Shown: positions 32,018 through 41,270 of the stretch, one piece after another
How the letters are laid out: the number at the start of each line of letters is the position of its first letter
Position numbering within the stretch: the first letter of the stretch is position 1
Source of the DNA: an uncultured bacterium
GTDB taxonomy: Bacteria > Desulfobacterota_D > UBA1144
Assembly: GCA_913050325.1 (NCBI GenBank)
Contig: CAJWZP010000001.1
Coordinates: 1,611 to 65,610, forward strand
Direction of reading: 5' to 3'
Length of the DNA stretch: 64,000 bases
Translations under genes and position numbers: made by a program
Notes under the pieces: generated by a model
What the model was told of the DNA's origin: nothing
What the model saw: only the letters and a program-made list of their open reading frames with translations
Database searches by the model: none

Positions 32018-33046
32018 TTAGTCCCAATCAAGGGAGCCAGCTGTTTGATACTCTGTAACTCTAGTTTCAAAGAAATTCTTTTCTTTTGACAAATCTACTG
32101 ATTGAGACATCCATGGAAAAGGGTTCTCTGTTCCATATAATTTTTCTAAACCAATTCTTTCGAGTCTACGATCAGCAATATATTCAACATACTCAGAGAA
32201 TTGCTGTGGGTTAATACCAAGTAAACCATTCGGACATGCATCAAATGCATATTTTTTTTCTTGATCAACAGCAGTAATTATTAAGTCGGTAATCTTCTTT
32301 TGAAGATCTGGAGTCCAAACTCCATCATTTTCTTCTTTAATTGTATTTATTAAATCACAACCAAAGGCTAGATGAATGCTCTCATCTCTCATAATATATT
32401 CAAATTGCTCACCTATCCCAACCATTTTGTTTTGTCTTTTTAGCGCTAGCATCATGGCAAACCCTGCATAGAAGAAAATACCTTCCATTATTACATAGTA
32501 ACCAACTAAATCATGCAAAAAGACTTCAATGTCTTTTTTTGATTTTATTTCAAAATTTGGATCCATTATAGATTTTGTTAAGCTAACAACATAATCATCT
32601 TTTTCTTTAATTGATGGAATGGTTTCATACATTGAATATATATAATCCGGATCTAGTCCAAGAGTGTCACAACAGTAAATAAAGGTATCAGTATGAACAG
32701 CTTCTTCATAAGCCTGCCTTAGTAGATATTGACGTGATTCTGGATTTGTTACATGTTTATATACAGTTAAAACAATATTGTTTGCAGTTAAAGATTCTGC
32801 TGTTGAAAAAAATCCTAAATTCCAAAGTATCATTCTTCTTTCAGTTTCTGAGATTGCCTTATCAGACTTCCACTGCTCAACATCTTTTTGCATAGAAATC
32901 TCTTCAGGTGTCCAGTTATTAGCAACACCATCCTTATAATGTTGTCTTGCCCACTTATATGACATGGGTAGAATTTTGTTAGGGTCAGTTTTTTTATCTA
33001 ATCCTATAATTGACATAATATAATCCTTCCTTTTTTTTATTGACAA
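32018..33046 (-). CDS. nrdB: ribonucleoside-diphosphate reductase class Ia beta subunit (R2)
   Basis: 342 aa with di-iron ligand motifs (EAVHTD, MRDESIHL). It overlaps the nrdA stop, and an AAGGAAGG SD lies upstream. Confidence 0.9.
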   Translation of the reverse strand: MSIKKRKDYIMSIIGLDKKTDPNKILPMSYKWARQHYKDGVANNWTPEEISMQKDVEQWKSDKAISETERRMILWNLGFFSTAESLTANNIVLTVYKHVTNPESRQYLLRQAYEEAVHTDTFIYCCDTLGLDPDYIYSMYETIPSIKEKDDYVVSLTKSIMDPNFEIKSKKDIEVFLHDLVGYYVIMEGIFFYAGFAMMLALKRQNKMVGIGEQFEYIMRDESIHLAFGCDLINTIKEENDGVWTPDLQKKITDLIITAVDQEKKYAFDACPNGLLGINPQQFSEYVEYIADRRLERIGLEKLYGTENPFPWMSQSVDLSKEKNFFETRVTEYQTAGSLDWD

Positions 33047-35850
33047 GCTTCACAATCGGGGTCCATAATACTGCAAGCACTACCAACTTCACTTGCAGGC
33101 TTATTTTCATTACTTACTACTTCTTCTGTTTCTGCTTGTCTTTCCTCCTCAATTTTTTGATACTCCCTTTTTTGAGTGTAACCAAATTTATTGGCATCTA
33201 AAGTAGATTTCTCAATCTGACTTGCAGCCAATGTTCTAAGATAGTAAGTTGTTTTTAATCCCAGCTTCCATGCAGCTGTATAGATTTCACTTAATTTTTT
33301 CCCAGACACGCCTTGCATAAACACATTGTGTGACTGGCTTTGATCGATCCATTTTCCTCTTACAGATGTGTGTTTTAACAATGTTAATGGATCTATAGCA
33401 AATGCCTCTTTATATTTTAATTTTAAATTATCTGGAATTTCTTCAATGTGATCAAGGTTACCATCATAATACTTAATTTTATCCAACATATCTTTAGACC
33501 ACAGGCCTAATGATTTTAAATCATTAACTAGATAATTATTTACAACTGTAAATTCTCCACTCATGTTTGATTTAACATATATATTTTTATATATAGGCTC
33601 AATACATGGATAACATCCTGCTATATTTGAAATGGTTGCAGTTGGTGCAACGGCCATAGTATTTGAGTTTCTCAAACCATGATCTTTGACTCTACTTTTT
33701 AGTTCCTCCCAATCTAAAGATGTAATTTTATTGACATCTATATTCTGACCTCTTTCTTCTTCGAGTAACGTTAATGTATCCAAAGGAAATATTCCTCTCT
33801 CCCATTTTGAGCCTTTAAACGATTCATATGAGCCTCTTTCTTTAGCTAATTCACAGGATGCACTTATTGCACTATATGAAATCTGTTCCATTAAGTTGTC
33901 AGAAAAATTTAGCGCTTTTGGTGATTCAAAAGGTAAATCTAATTTAAAAAGTGCATCTTGAAGACCCATAATCCCAAGTCCAATAGGCCTATGTTTCATA
34001 TTAGAATTTTTAGCTTCTTCAGTAGGATAAAAATTTAAATCTACAACATTATCCAGCATTCTCATGGCTGTTGATATTGTCTTTTCTAATAACTTCCTAT
34101 CTAATTTTCCTTCATTTGTAACATGTTTTGATAAATTTATAGACCCAAGATTACAAACAGCTGTTTCCTCTGAAGATGTATTTAAAGTAATTTCAGTACA
34201 TAAATTTGAACTATGAACTACACCTACATGGTCTTGAGGAGACCTTAAATTACAAGGATCTTTAAATGTAATCCAGGGATGTCCTGTCTCAAACAACCTT
34301 GTTAACATTTTTTTCCATAATTCTTTTGCGGGTATTTGTTTGAATTTTTTAATCTCTCCAGTTTTAGTCATTTTTTCATATTCTTGATAAGCTAATTCAA
34401 ATTTTTTACCAAATATGTCATGGAGATCTGGTACCTCTTCAGGTGAGAAAAGGGTCCATAAATCGTCAGACTCGACACGTTTCATGAATAAATCAGGAAT
34501 CCAATTTGAGGTATTCATGTCGTGTGTTCTTCTTCTGTCATCGCCTGTATTTCTTCTTAAATCGAGAAAATCCTCTATATCAAGGTGCCAGGTTTCTAGA
34601 TAAGCACATGTAGCTCCTCTTCTCTTACCACTCCTATTAATAGCTACTGTTACATCGTTTGCAATTTTAAGAAATGGAATAACTCCTTGACTCTCAACGT
34701 TTGTACTTTTAATATGTGAACCTGTTCCTCTAATATTAGTCCAATCATTACCAAGTCCACCAGACCACTTAGACAACTGTGCATTATCACCAATACATTT
34801 AAAAATATGAGATAAATCATCTCCAACTGTAGTCAAATAACAAGAACTTAACTGTGGGTGAGGTGTTCCTGAATGAAAAAGTGTTGGGGTTGAAGATACA
34901 AAATGTAGTTTAGATAAAACATTGTAGAATTCTATGGCTCTGGAATCTTTATTTTTTTCATTAAATGAGAGTCCCATTGCAACTCTCATCCAAAATGCTT
35001 GGGGCAATTCGAATCTTTTTTCATCATGTTTTTGAAGATATCTTTCATATAATGTTTGAATCCCTAGGTATTCAAATAGTTCATCTCTTTCTGGATCGAT
35101 TGAATTACTTAATTTGTCCAAATCAAAATCTAATAATTTTTCATCTAGGTATTTATTAGCAACGCCTAATTTAATACCATCTATGAATGTTTTTCTGTAT
35201 TCATCGATAAGATTATTCTCATTTATTGAAATTCCTATAGCTTCTTTATAAAGTCTCTGCATAAAAAATCCGGCAGAAACTTTACTGTAATCTGGATCTC
35301 TTTCAATAAAAGCTGTTGAAGCCAGAAGTAGGGCTTTTTCAATGTCACTTGTGGTTGCACCATCAAATATATTTCTATTTAGTTCTCTTGATATAGAATC
35401 AATTGAAGTAGTATTTGGATATTTTTGACAAATTCTATAAATTGTTTCTCTGACTTTCTGAGGATTAAATAGAACTGTAGTTCCATCTCTTTTAACAATT
35501 TTTAATTTACCAAGTTCTGCTTTTCTGGAAATATTTTCTTTTAATTTCTCTCTTTCACTGGTTCTTTCAGCCCTATAAATAATATATCTTCTTGCTACAG
35601 TGAACATATCGGACTTAATGAGGTTTTTCTCTACAATATCCTGGATATTCTCAACATTTGGATAAAATTCCGTAAATCTGTCATTAATTTCTTTTTGAAT
35701 CGAATCAACTACTAACGACACTGATTTTGGATCAAAATTCTCATCTCCAGCACTAATAGCGGCATTAATAGCATTTTGGATTCTATCTAGGTCAAATTTA
35801 ACTACTTCTCCCGATCTTTTAACAACCATTAGCTCATCAATAAGATTCAT
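33037..35850 (-). CDS. nrdA: ribonucleoside-diphosphate reductase class Ia alpha subunit with two N-terminal ATP-cone domains
   Basis: I place the start at the Met MNLIDELMVVKRSGE (ATG 35848-35850), because a GAAGGAG SD lies 7 nt upstream. This is 19 codons shorter than the ORF track call. Two ATP-cone-like segments are present (VVKRSGEVVKFD... and IVKRDGTTVLFN...). The active-site region and a C-terminal Cys tail CSIMDPDCEAC are also present. Confidence 0.9.
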   Translation of the reverse strand: MNLIDELMVVKRSGEVVKFDLDRIQNAINAAISAGDENFDPKSVSLVVDSIQKEINDRFTEFYPNVENIQDIVEKNLIKSDMFTVARRYIIYRAERTSEREKLKENISRKAELGKLKIVKRDGTTVLFNPQKVRETIYRICQKYPNTTSIDSISRELNRNIFDGATTSDIEKALLLASTAFIERDPDYSKVSAGFFMQRLYKEAIGISINENNLIDEYRKTFIDGIKLGVANKYLDEKLLDFDLDKLSNSIDPERDELFEYLGIQTLYERYLQKHDEKRFELPQAFWMRVAMGLSFNEKNKDSRAIEFYNVLSKLHFVSSTPTLFHSGTPHPQLSSCYLTTVGDDLSHIFKCIGDNAQLSKWSGGLGNDWTNIRGTGSHIKSTNVESQGVIPFLKIANDVTVAINRSGKRRGATCAYLETWHLDIEDFLDLRRNTGDDRRRTHDMNTSNWIPDLFMKRVESDDLWTLFSPEEVPDLHDIFGKKFELAYQEYEKMTKTGEIKKFKQIPAKELWKKMLTRLFETGHPWITFKDPCNLRSPQDHVGVVHSSNLCTEITLNTSSEETAVCNLGSINLSKHVTNEGKLDRKLLEKTISTAMRMLDNVVDLNFYPTEEAKNSNMKHRPIGLGIMGLQDALFKLDLPFESPKALNFSDNLMEQISYSAISASCELAKERGSYESFKGSKWERGIFPLDTLTLLEEERGQNIDVNKITSLDWEELKSRVKDHGLRNSNTMAVAPTATISNIAGCYPCIEPIYKNIYVKSNMSGEFTVVNNYLVNDLKSLGLWSKDMLDKIKYYDGNLDHIEEIPDNLKLKYKEAFAIDPLTLLKHTSVRGKWIDQSQSHNVFMQGVSGKKLSEIYTAAWKLGLKTTYYLRTLAASQIEKSTLDANKFGYTQKREYQKIEEERQAETEEVVSNENKPASEVGSACSIMDPDCEACQ

Positions 35851-35875
35851 AAATACTCCTTCTGTAGACTCTTTA

Positions 35876-35937
35876 GAGGCAAGGAAAAGCTTATTAACGG
35901 GGTGCAAAAAGGGTTTTATAAACTATTTCCTTGCCCC
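35876..35937 (-). promoter_or_regulatory. nrdA leader stem-loop (12-bp stem, 38-nt loop) ending 16 nt upstream of the SD
   Basis: On the mRNA strand, GGGGCAAGGAAA (plus 35937-35926) pairs with UUUCCUUGCCUC (plus 35887-35876) with a single G-U wobble. Confidence 0.3.
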
Positions 35938-35978
35938 AGGGATAATCACGCTCTCCAAAAATCTAAAGATTAAAACAA

Positions 35979-36022
35979 ACAATATATTGTGATTATTATG
36001 TGATTAAACCACTATATATTGT
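35979..36022. promoter_or_regulatory. tandem NrdR-box-like palindromes upstream of nrdAB
   Basis: ACAATATATTGT (35979-35990, a perfect palindrome) and ACTATATATTGT (36011-36022) lie 32 bp apart centre to centre. They resemble the NrdR operator consensus acaCwAtATaTwGtgt and its usual tandem spacing. Confidence 0.45.
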
Positions 36023-36073
36023 ATCAGTCAAGAAAAAATATCTTTTTTTTAAAAATAATTTTTAATACTTCAT

Positions 36074-37528
36074 TTATTGCATATTTTCTATTAGTTCTGA
36101 CTCGTTTTTGAGGGCAATCATTAGGTCTTTGAAGATTATTTTGTGTAATGGAAGTATTGAATACCAATACAAATAACCCCAGATACCTTTAGGCTCAAAG
36201 ATTGCAGTCATAACAATATAAGAATTAGAAACGTCTTCAATTGCCTCAAATTTTAACCAAGCTTCGCCAGGTGATTTTAATTTCATTTTTAATAACAATT
36301 TCTTATTTTCCTCAAATTTTTCGATTCTGAAACAATCGAAATCGGATCCAATACGAAGATTATCCCTGTCTGGTTCCTGGATTAAAGGACCGCCAAGTAA
36401 AATATCAATATATTTTCTAATCCTCCATAAAATATCCCATGCCTTCCAGCCGTTCTTCCCGCCTAAAGTTTTAAAAATTGAAAAAATACTTGAACAAGAA
36501 GCTGTTGTTTTTGCAATTCTTATTTCCTCAAAACGTCCACGAAGCTGAGATAATTTATAATTAAATTGAATTTTCTCTTTGTTCCATGATGTTTCAATAA
36601 ATTCTTTTTTTGTTTTATCCAATGCAGATTTAATTGAATCATAGTAATTTAAGGTTTTAATTTCAGGGTAAAAGTCATTAGCTTTAGTAACATCGCCTTT
36701 TATATTATTTATAACACTTGACACAATAGGAGACGCCAAAGAATTTGTTATTGGAGTCACTAAACTTATCCACCATGCCGCTATGCTAGGAGCTAAAACA
36801 GGTATTGGAAAAATTTTTCTTTTTAATCCTCTGTATCTACAATATTCAAGCATTAAATCTTTAAAAGTCATTGGATCTGTTCCAATATCTAAGGTTTCAC
36901 AGGGTTTTTTATCTAATGATAAAACCAAATATTTTAAAACATCTCTAACGCTTATTGGTCTAACAGTGTTATTTATCCATTTTGGAGCAACCATTATTGG
37001 TAATTTTTCACTAAGGTGTCTTAACATTTCAAACGAGGCAGACCCTGAACCAATAATTGGGCCTGCCCTCAATTCAGTTGTTGGTAAAGAACCTCTGAGA
37101 ATTTTACCTACCTCGATTCTACTAGATAAATGTTCGGATATGCTCGACTCATTTGGTGATATTCCTCCTAGATAAATTACGTGAGATAAATCGCCCGAGG
37201 ATTTTACAAAATTTCTAGCAGCTAGCCTATCAAGCTCAATGTATTCCTGAGAAGTTCCCATCGAATGGACTAAATAATAAGCTTGATCAACTTTATGACA
37301 AAGACCATTAAGAGTTTCAATTTTTGTCAAATCTCCTTCAAATATTTCAACTTTATTAAACCAAGACTTATTTTTAATTTTATTAACATCTCTAACTAAA
37401 ACTCTTATCTTAATATTATTAGATAATAATCTGGAGATTAGTCGACCACCTATATAGCCAGTCGCACCAGTAATCAATACAGTTATATTTTGAGTTTTGA
37501 GAGTTATTGGGTTATAAAATTCATTCAT
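36074..37528 (-). CDS. NAD(P)-binding SDR/NmrA-like domain fused to a DUF2867-like C-terminal domain
   Basis: 484 aa. The N-terminus VLITGATGYIGGRLISRL is a Rossmann motif of atypical SDR/epimerase type. The C-terminal roughly 150 aa is the conserved extension often annotated DUF2867. Confidence 0.6.
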   Translation of the reverse strand: MNEFYNPITLKTQNITVLITGATGYIGGRLISRLLSNNIKIRVLVRDVNKIKNKSWFNKVEIFEGDLTKIETLNGLCHKVDQAYYLVHSMGTSQEYIELDRLAARNFVKSSGDLSHVIYLGGISPNESSISEHLSSRIEVGKILRGSLPTTELRAGPIIGSGSASFEMLRHLSEKLPIMVAPKWINNTVRPISVRDVLKYLVLSLDKKPCETLDIGTDPMTFKDLMLEYCRYRGLKRKIFPIPVLAPSIAAWWISLVTPITNSLASPIVSSVINNIKGDVTKANDFYPEIKTLNYYDSIKSALDKTKKEFIETSWNKEKIQFNYKLSQLRGRFEEIRIAKTTASCSSIFSIFKTLGGKNGWKAWDILWRIRKYIDILLGGPLIQEPDRDNLRIGSDFDCFRIEKFEENKKLLLKMKLKSPGEAWLKFEAIEDVSNSYIVMTAIFEPKGIWGYLYWYSILPLHKIIFKDLMIALKNESELIENMQ

Positions 37529-37579
37529 ATCTTAAACTATCAGTATAAAAAACTAATATTTTCTCTTATAATATTTTTA

Positions 37580-38659
37580 ATGTTCAACTGGTTCACAAAC
37601 TTAATTAAAACTGATTTTTTCAATAATGTATTAATTGATTGGGGATTGCTACTGCTTTTAACTATCATATTGTTTTTATTTCTCAAATTATTTAAAAATA
37701 TTATCTCAAATAAAATTATAGATTTTACAGAAAAAACATCAAACAAGATTGATGACTATATCGGTTCTGTAATTAAATCTCTATCAAATGTTTTTGTATT
37801 ATTTTTTGCACTTTTTATATCTTCAAAATTTATTTTTATTGATCAACAAATAACTGATAGAATAGAACAATTATTTGTAATAGTTTTTTTATGGCAATTA
37901 ACTAAATGGGCTATTAATATTTCAAGCCTGATTTTTGATAAATATAAAAGTGCAAGAGAAAAAGAAAAAGATATGCATAGCGTTACTGCAATATCAGGTT
38001 TCAACAAATTAGTTAGGTTTTTAATCTGGACGATTTTCCTTTTATTAGCACTTGATAATTTAGGTGTTAACATAACCGCTTTAGTTGCTGGCCTTGGTAT
38101 AGGCGGACTTGCAATTGCTTTAGCAGCTCAAAGTATATTGGGAGATTTATTCGCGTCATTAACTATTATGATCGATAAGCCAATAGCAATTGGAGATTAC
38201 ATTGTTTTAGATAATTATATGGGAACAGTAAAAAATATAGGAATAAAAAGCACAAAAATTGAGAGTATATCAGGAGAGGAAATAATTATATCAAATTCTG
38301 ATTTGTTAAATAGTCGCTTAAGAAATTATCATCAATCTAGAATGCAGAAAAGAAGAACAACTATAATGATTGGAGTAGTCTACAGTACCCCTTATGAAAA
38401 ATTAAAAGATATTCAGAAAATCCTTACAGAAATTGTAAACAGTATAAATTCGACCGATTTTGTAAGAGCTAGCATGGTAGAGTTTGCTGATTTTTCTCTG
38501 AACTTTGAACTTGTATATAATGTAAAAAGTGCCGATCATACTGAATACATAGAAATAAATCACAAATTAAGACTTAAAATATTTGAAAGATTTGCAATCG
38601 AAAAAATTGAGTTTGCTTTTCCAACAAGAACTATTCATATTGAAAATCCCACTAAATAA
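37580..38659 (+). CDS. mechanosensitive ion channel, MscS family
   Basis: TM helices followed by an MscS beta-domain (PIAIGDYIVLDNYMGTVKNIGIKSTKIES). I place the start at the Met at 37580 to avoid a 39-nt overlap with the divergent upstream gene. Confidence 0.75.
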   Translation: MFNWFTNLIKTDFFNNVLIDWGLLLLLTIILFLFLKLFKNIISNKIIDFTEKTSNKIDDYIGSVIKSLSNVFVLFFALFISSKFIFIDQQITDRIEQLFVIVFLWQLTKWAINISSLIFDKYKSAREKEKDMHSVTAISGFNKLVRFLIWTIFLLLALDNLGVNITALVAGLGIGGLAIALAAQSILGDLFASLTIMIDKPIAIGDYIVLDNYMGTVKNIGIKSTKIESISGEEIIISNSDLLNSRLRNYHQSRMQKRRTTIMIGVVYSTPYEKLKDIQKILTEIVNSINSTDFVRASMVEFADFSLNFELVYNVKSADHTEYIEINHKLRLKIFERFAIEKIEFAFPTRTIHIENPTK

Positions 38660-38716
38660 TAATTTATTTGTAATAATTATTTGTTTTAAAAGTTTATATA
38701 TTTTATATTCCTTAGT

Positions 38717-40105
38717 ATGAGTAAAAAATTATGGGGCGGAAGGTTTAAATATTCTACAGATAAAGAAGTTGAGTTATTCACATCATCAATTGAAATTGAC
38801 AAAGAACTCTATAAATATGATATAAAAGGCTCTATAGCTCATGTAAAAATGCTTAAAAAACAAAAAATTATTTCGCCATCAGATGAATCAAAAATATTAA
38901 AAGGTTTAAAAAAAATAGAAAAAGAAATTGATGATGGAAAATTCATTTTTGATTCGTCATTGGAAGATATTCATATGAATATTGAACATGCATTAACAAA
39001 AAAAATAGGAAATGTAGGGAAAAAAGTTCATACTGCCAGAAGTAGAAATGATCAAGTTGTGACTGACATGAGATTGTATACTAAAGATTCTTTAAAGAAT
39101 TTACATTATCATGTTAAAAAATTAATAGAAGCATTAATTAAAAAATCAGAAAAAAGTATAAAAATTATAATTCCCTTCTATACACATCTTCAAAAAGCGC
39201 AACCAATATTAGCTTCCCATTATTTAAATTCTTTTATAGAGATGTTTCTAAGAGATTTATCAAAAATTGAGAAAGCATATGAAGTAGCTGATAGCAATCC
39301 GCTTGGTTCATGTGCGGGCTCTGGAACGTCTTTTAATATTGATAGAGAATATACATCGAAATTATTAGGATTTAAAAGAACCTCTAGAAACAGCCTAGAC
39401 TCAGTCAGTGATAGAGATTTTATAACCGATTCAATATTTACATGTTCGCAAATAATGATGCATTTATCGAGATTTTCTGAGGATTTAATTTTATGGAACA
39501 GTTATGAATTTAATTACATTAAAATTAATGATAAATTTACGACTGGTTCGAGCATAATGCCACAGAAGAAAAATCCAGATGTTTTAGAATTAATAAGAGG
39601 CAAGTGTAGCCAAATCTATGGAAATCTTATAAATATCATGGTTAATTTAAAAGGGCTACCATCAACATACAATAGAGATTTACAAGAAGATAAAATCCCT
39701 CTTTTTTCATCTATTAAAACTTGTACAGAATGTATTTCAATTTTCAGTAATTTAATTAATTCAATTACTTTTAATGAAAATGTTATAAAAAATTCAATAG
39801 AAAATGGTTTCATGACCGCAACAGATTTAGCAGATTATCTTGTAAAAAAAGGGTTAACATTCAGAGATGCTCATTCTATAACAGGTAAATTAGTGCTATA
39901 TTGTGAGGATAAGAATGTAAAACTTTCAGATTTAAAAATTAAAGAATATAAAAAATTTTCCAATAAGATTGATATTGATATTTATGACTATATAAAATTA
40001 GATAATTCCGTAAATTCCAAAAAATCACTTGGTGGAACATCTTTAACAATGGTTAAGAAAGAAATTAAAAATTATAAAAATATAATTAATAAAAAATATT
40101 TATAA
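38717..40105 (+). CDS. argH: argininosuccinate lyase
   Basis: 462 aa with the N-terminus KLWGGRF typical of ArgH, and the fumarate-lyase signature GSSIMPQKKNPD. Confidence 0.9.
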   Translation: MSKKLWGGRFKYSTDKEVELFTSSIEIDKELYKYDIKGSIAHVKMLKKQKIISPSDESKILKGLKKIEKEIDDGKFIFDSSLEDIHMNIEHALTKKIGNVGKKVHTARSRNDQVVTDMRLYTKDSLKNLHYHVKKLIEALIKKSEKSIKIIIPFYTHLQKAQPILASHYLNSFIEMFLRDLSKIEKAYEVADSNPLGSCAGSGTSFNIDREYTSKLLGFKRTSRNSLDSVSDRDFITDSIFTCSQIMMHLSRFSEDLILWNSYEFNYIKINDKFTTGSSIMPQKKNPDVLELIRGKCSQIYGNLINIMVNLKGLPSTYNRDLQEDKIPLFSSIKTCTECISIFSNLINSITFNENVIKNSIENGFMTATDLADYLVKKGLTFRDAHSITGKLVLYCEDKNVKLSDLKIKEYKKFSNKIDIDIYDYIKLDNSVNSKKSLGGTSLTMVKKEIKNYKNIINKKYL

Positions 40106-40131
40106 TTAAATTTAATGCTAGACTTATAGAT

Positions 40132-40485
40132 ATGAATAAAATCGAAACATTTCCAAACCCAAATAAAAAAAGAAATTACAAAATTGAAATTTCATGTCCA
40201 GAATTTACATCACTTTGTCCAAAAACAGGTCAACCTGATTTTGGTACTATTAATATTTCATATATTCCTGATAAAAAATGTATAGAACTGAAATCTTTAA
40301 AACTTTACATATATTCATATAGAGATAAGGGATCATTTCATGAAGCTGTAACTAACAAAATTTTAGAAGATTTTGTTAAATCATGTGACCCACAATATGT
40401 ATCCATTACTGGTGATTATAATGTTAGAGGTGGTATTAAAACTATTGTCACAGTTGAACATAAAAAAACAAAAAGAAAAAAGTAA
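40132..40485 (+). CDS. queF: NADPH-dependent 7-cyano-7-deazaguanine reductase (unimodular type)
   Basis: 117 aa with the catalytic Cys in EFTSLCPKTGQPDF and the QueF motif. Confidence 0.85.
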   Translation: MNKIETFPNPNKKRNYKIEISCPEFTSLCPKTGQPDFGTINISYIPDKKCIELKSLKLYIYSYRDKGSFHEAVTNKILEDFVKSCDPQYVSITGDYNVRGGIKTIVTVEHKKTKRKK

Positions 40486-41269
40486 AATAAAGCTATACCT
40501 CTCTGTTTTTTTTATCCTTTTTTTATTAATATCAATATTTTTTCCTTATCTTTTAACTTCGATGTCTCCATTGAAATCTAATTATGAAAAAATTTTATTA
40601 TCTCCAAATATTGAAAATTTGTTCGGAACTGATCAGCTAGGTAGAGATTTATTCTCAAGAGTAATTTATGGTTCTAAAATATCTTTACAGGTTGCGTTAT
40701 TCACATCATTGATATCATTAATATTTGGAACTATTTATGGTTTGATTGCTGGCTTTAGTAATAGAATTATAGATGAAATAATGATGAAAATCGTAGATAT
40801 TTTTTATTCAATTCCTGATTTACTTTTAATATCAATTTTTATTTTATTTCTTGGAAAAGGCATACTGGGTATTACAATAGCTCTTTCCTTATTAAGCTGG
40901 ATGAGAATTGCAAGAATATCAAGGGCGAGTACTTTAGAAATCAAAAACTTACCATTTATTTTAAACGCAAAAATTTATGGTTTTAGTAAGTTTCATATCA
41001 TGGCTAAAGAACTGTTACCAAATATTCTGGGTCCTCTGGTTGTCACTTTTACATTTACTATTCCAAGCTCTATTCTTGCAGAATCAACTCTAAGCTTTTT
41101 AGGAATTGGAATTTCGCCACCAAATATAAGTTGGGGATTAATGGCAAGTACTGGCTGGGAAGGATTAAGAAGTTTTCCGCATTTAATAATCTTTCCTTCA
41201 CTAGCAATTTTCTTATCAACATTAACGTTTTATAATATTGGTAACTATTTAAAGAGCAAGGTTTCATGA
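40421..41269 (+). CDS. ABC transporter permease, DppC/OppC family (peptide/nickel type)
   Basis: The periplasmic loop motif GTDQLGRDLFSRVIYG sits between TM1 and TM2, as in OppC/DppC. I choose the ATG at 40421 because of a GGTGAT SD 4 nt upstream. This start overlaps queF by 65 nt. The ORF track starts earlier, at 40373. Confidence 0.65.
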   Translation: MLEVVLKLLSQLNIKKQKEKSKIKLYLSVFFILFLLISIFFPYLLTSMSPLKSNYEKILLSPNIENLFGTDQLGRDLFSRVIYGSKISLQVALFTSLISLIFGTIYGLIAGFSNRIIDEIMMKIVDIFYSIPDLLLISIFILFLGKGILGITIALSLLSWMRIARISRASTLEIKNLPFILNAKIYGFSKFHIMAKELLPNILGPLVVTFTFTIPSSILAESTLSFLGIGISPPNISWGLMASTGWEGLRSFPHLIIFPSLAIFLSTLTFYNIGNYLKSKVS

Positions 41270-41270
41270 T

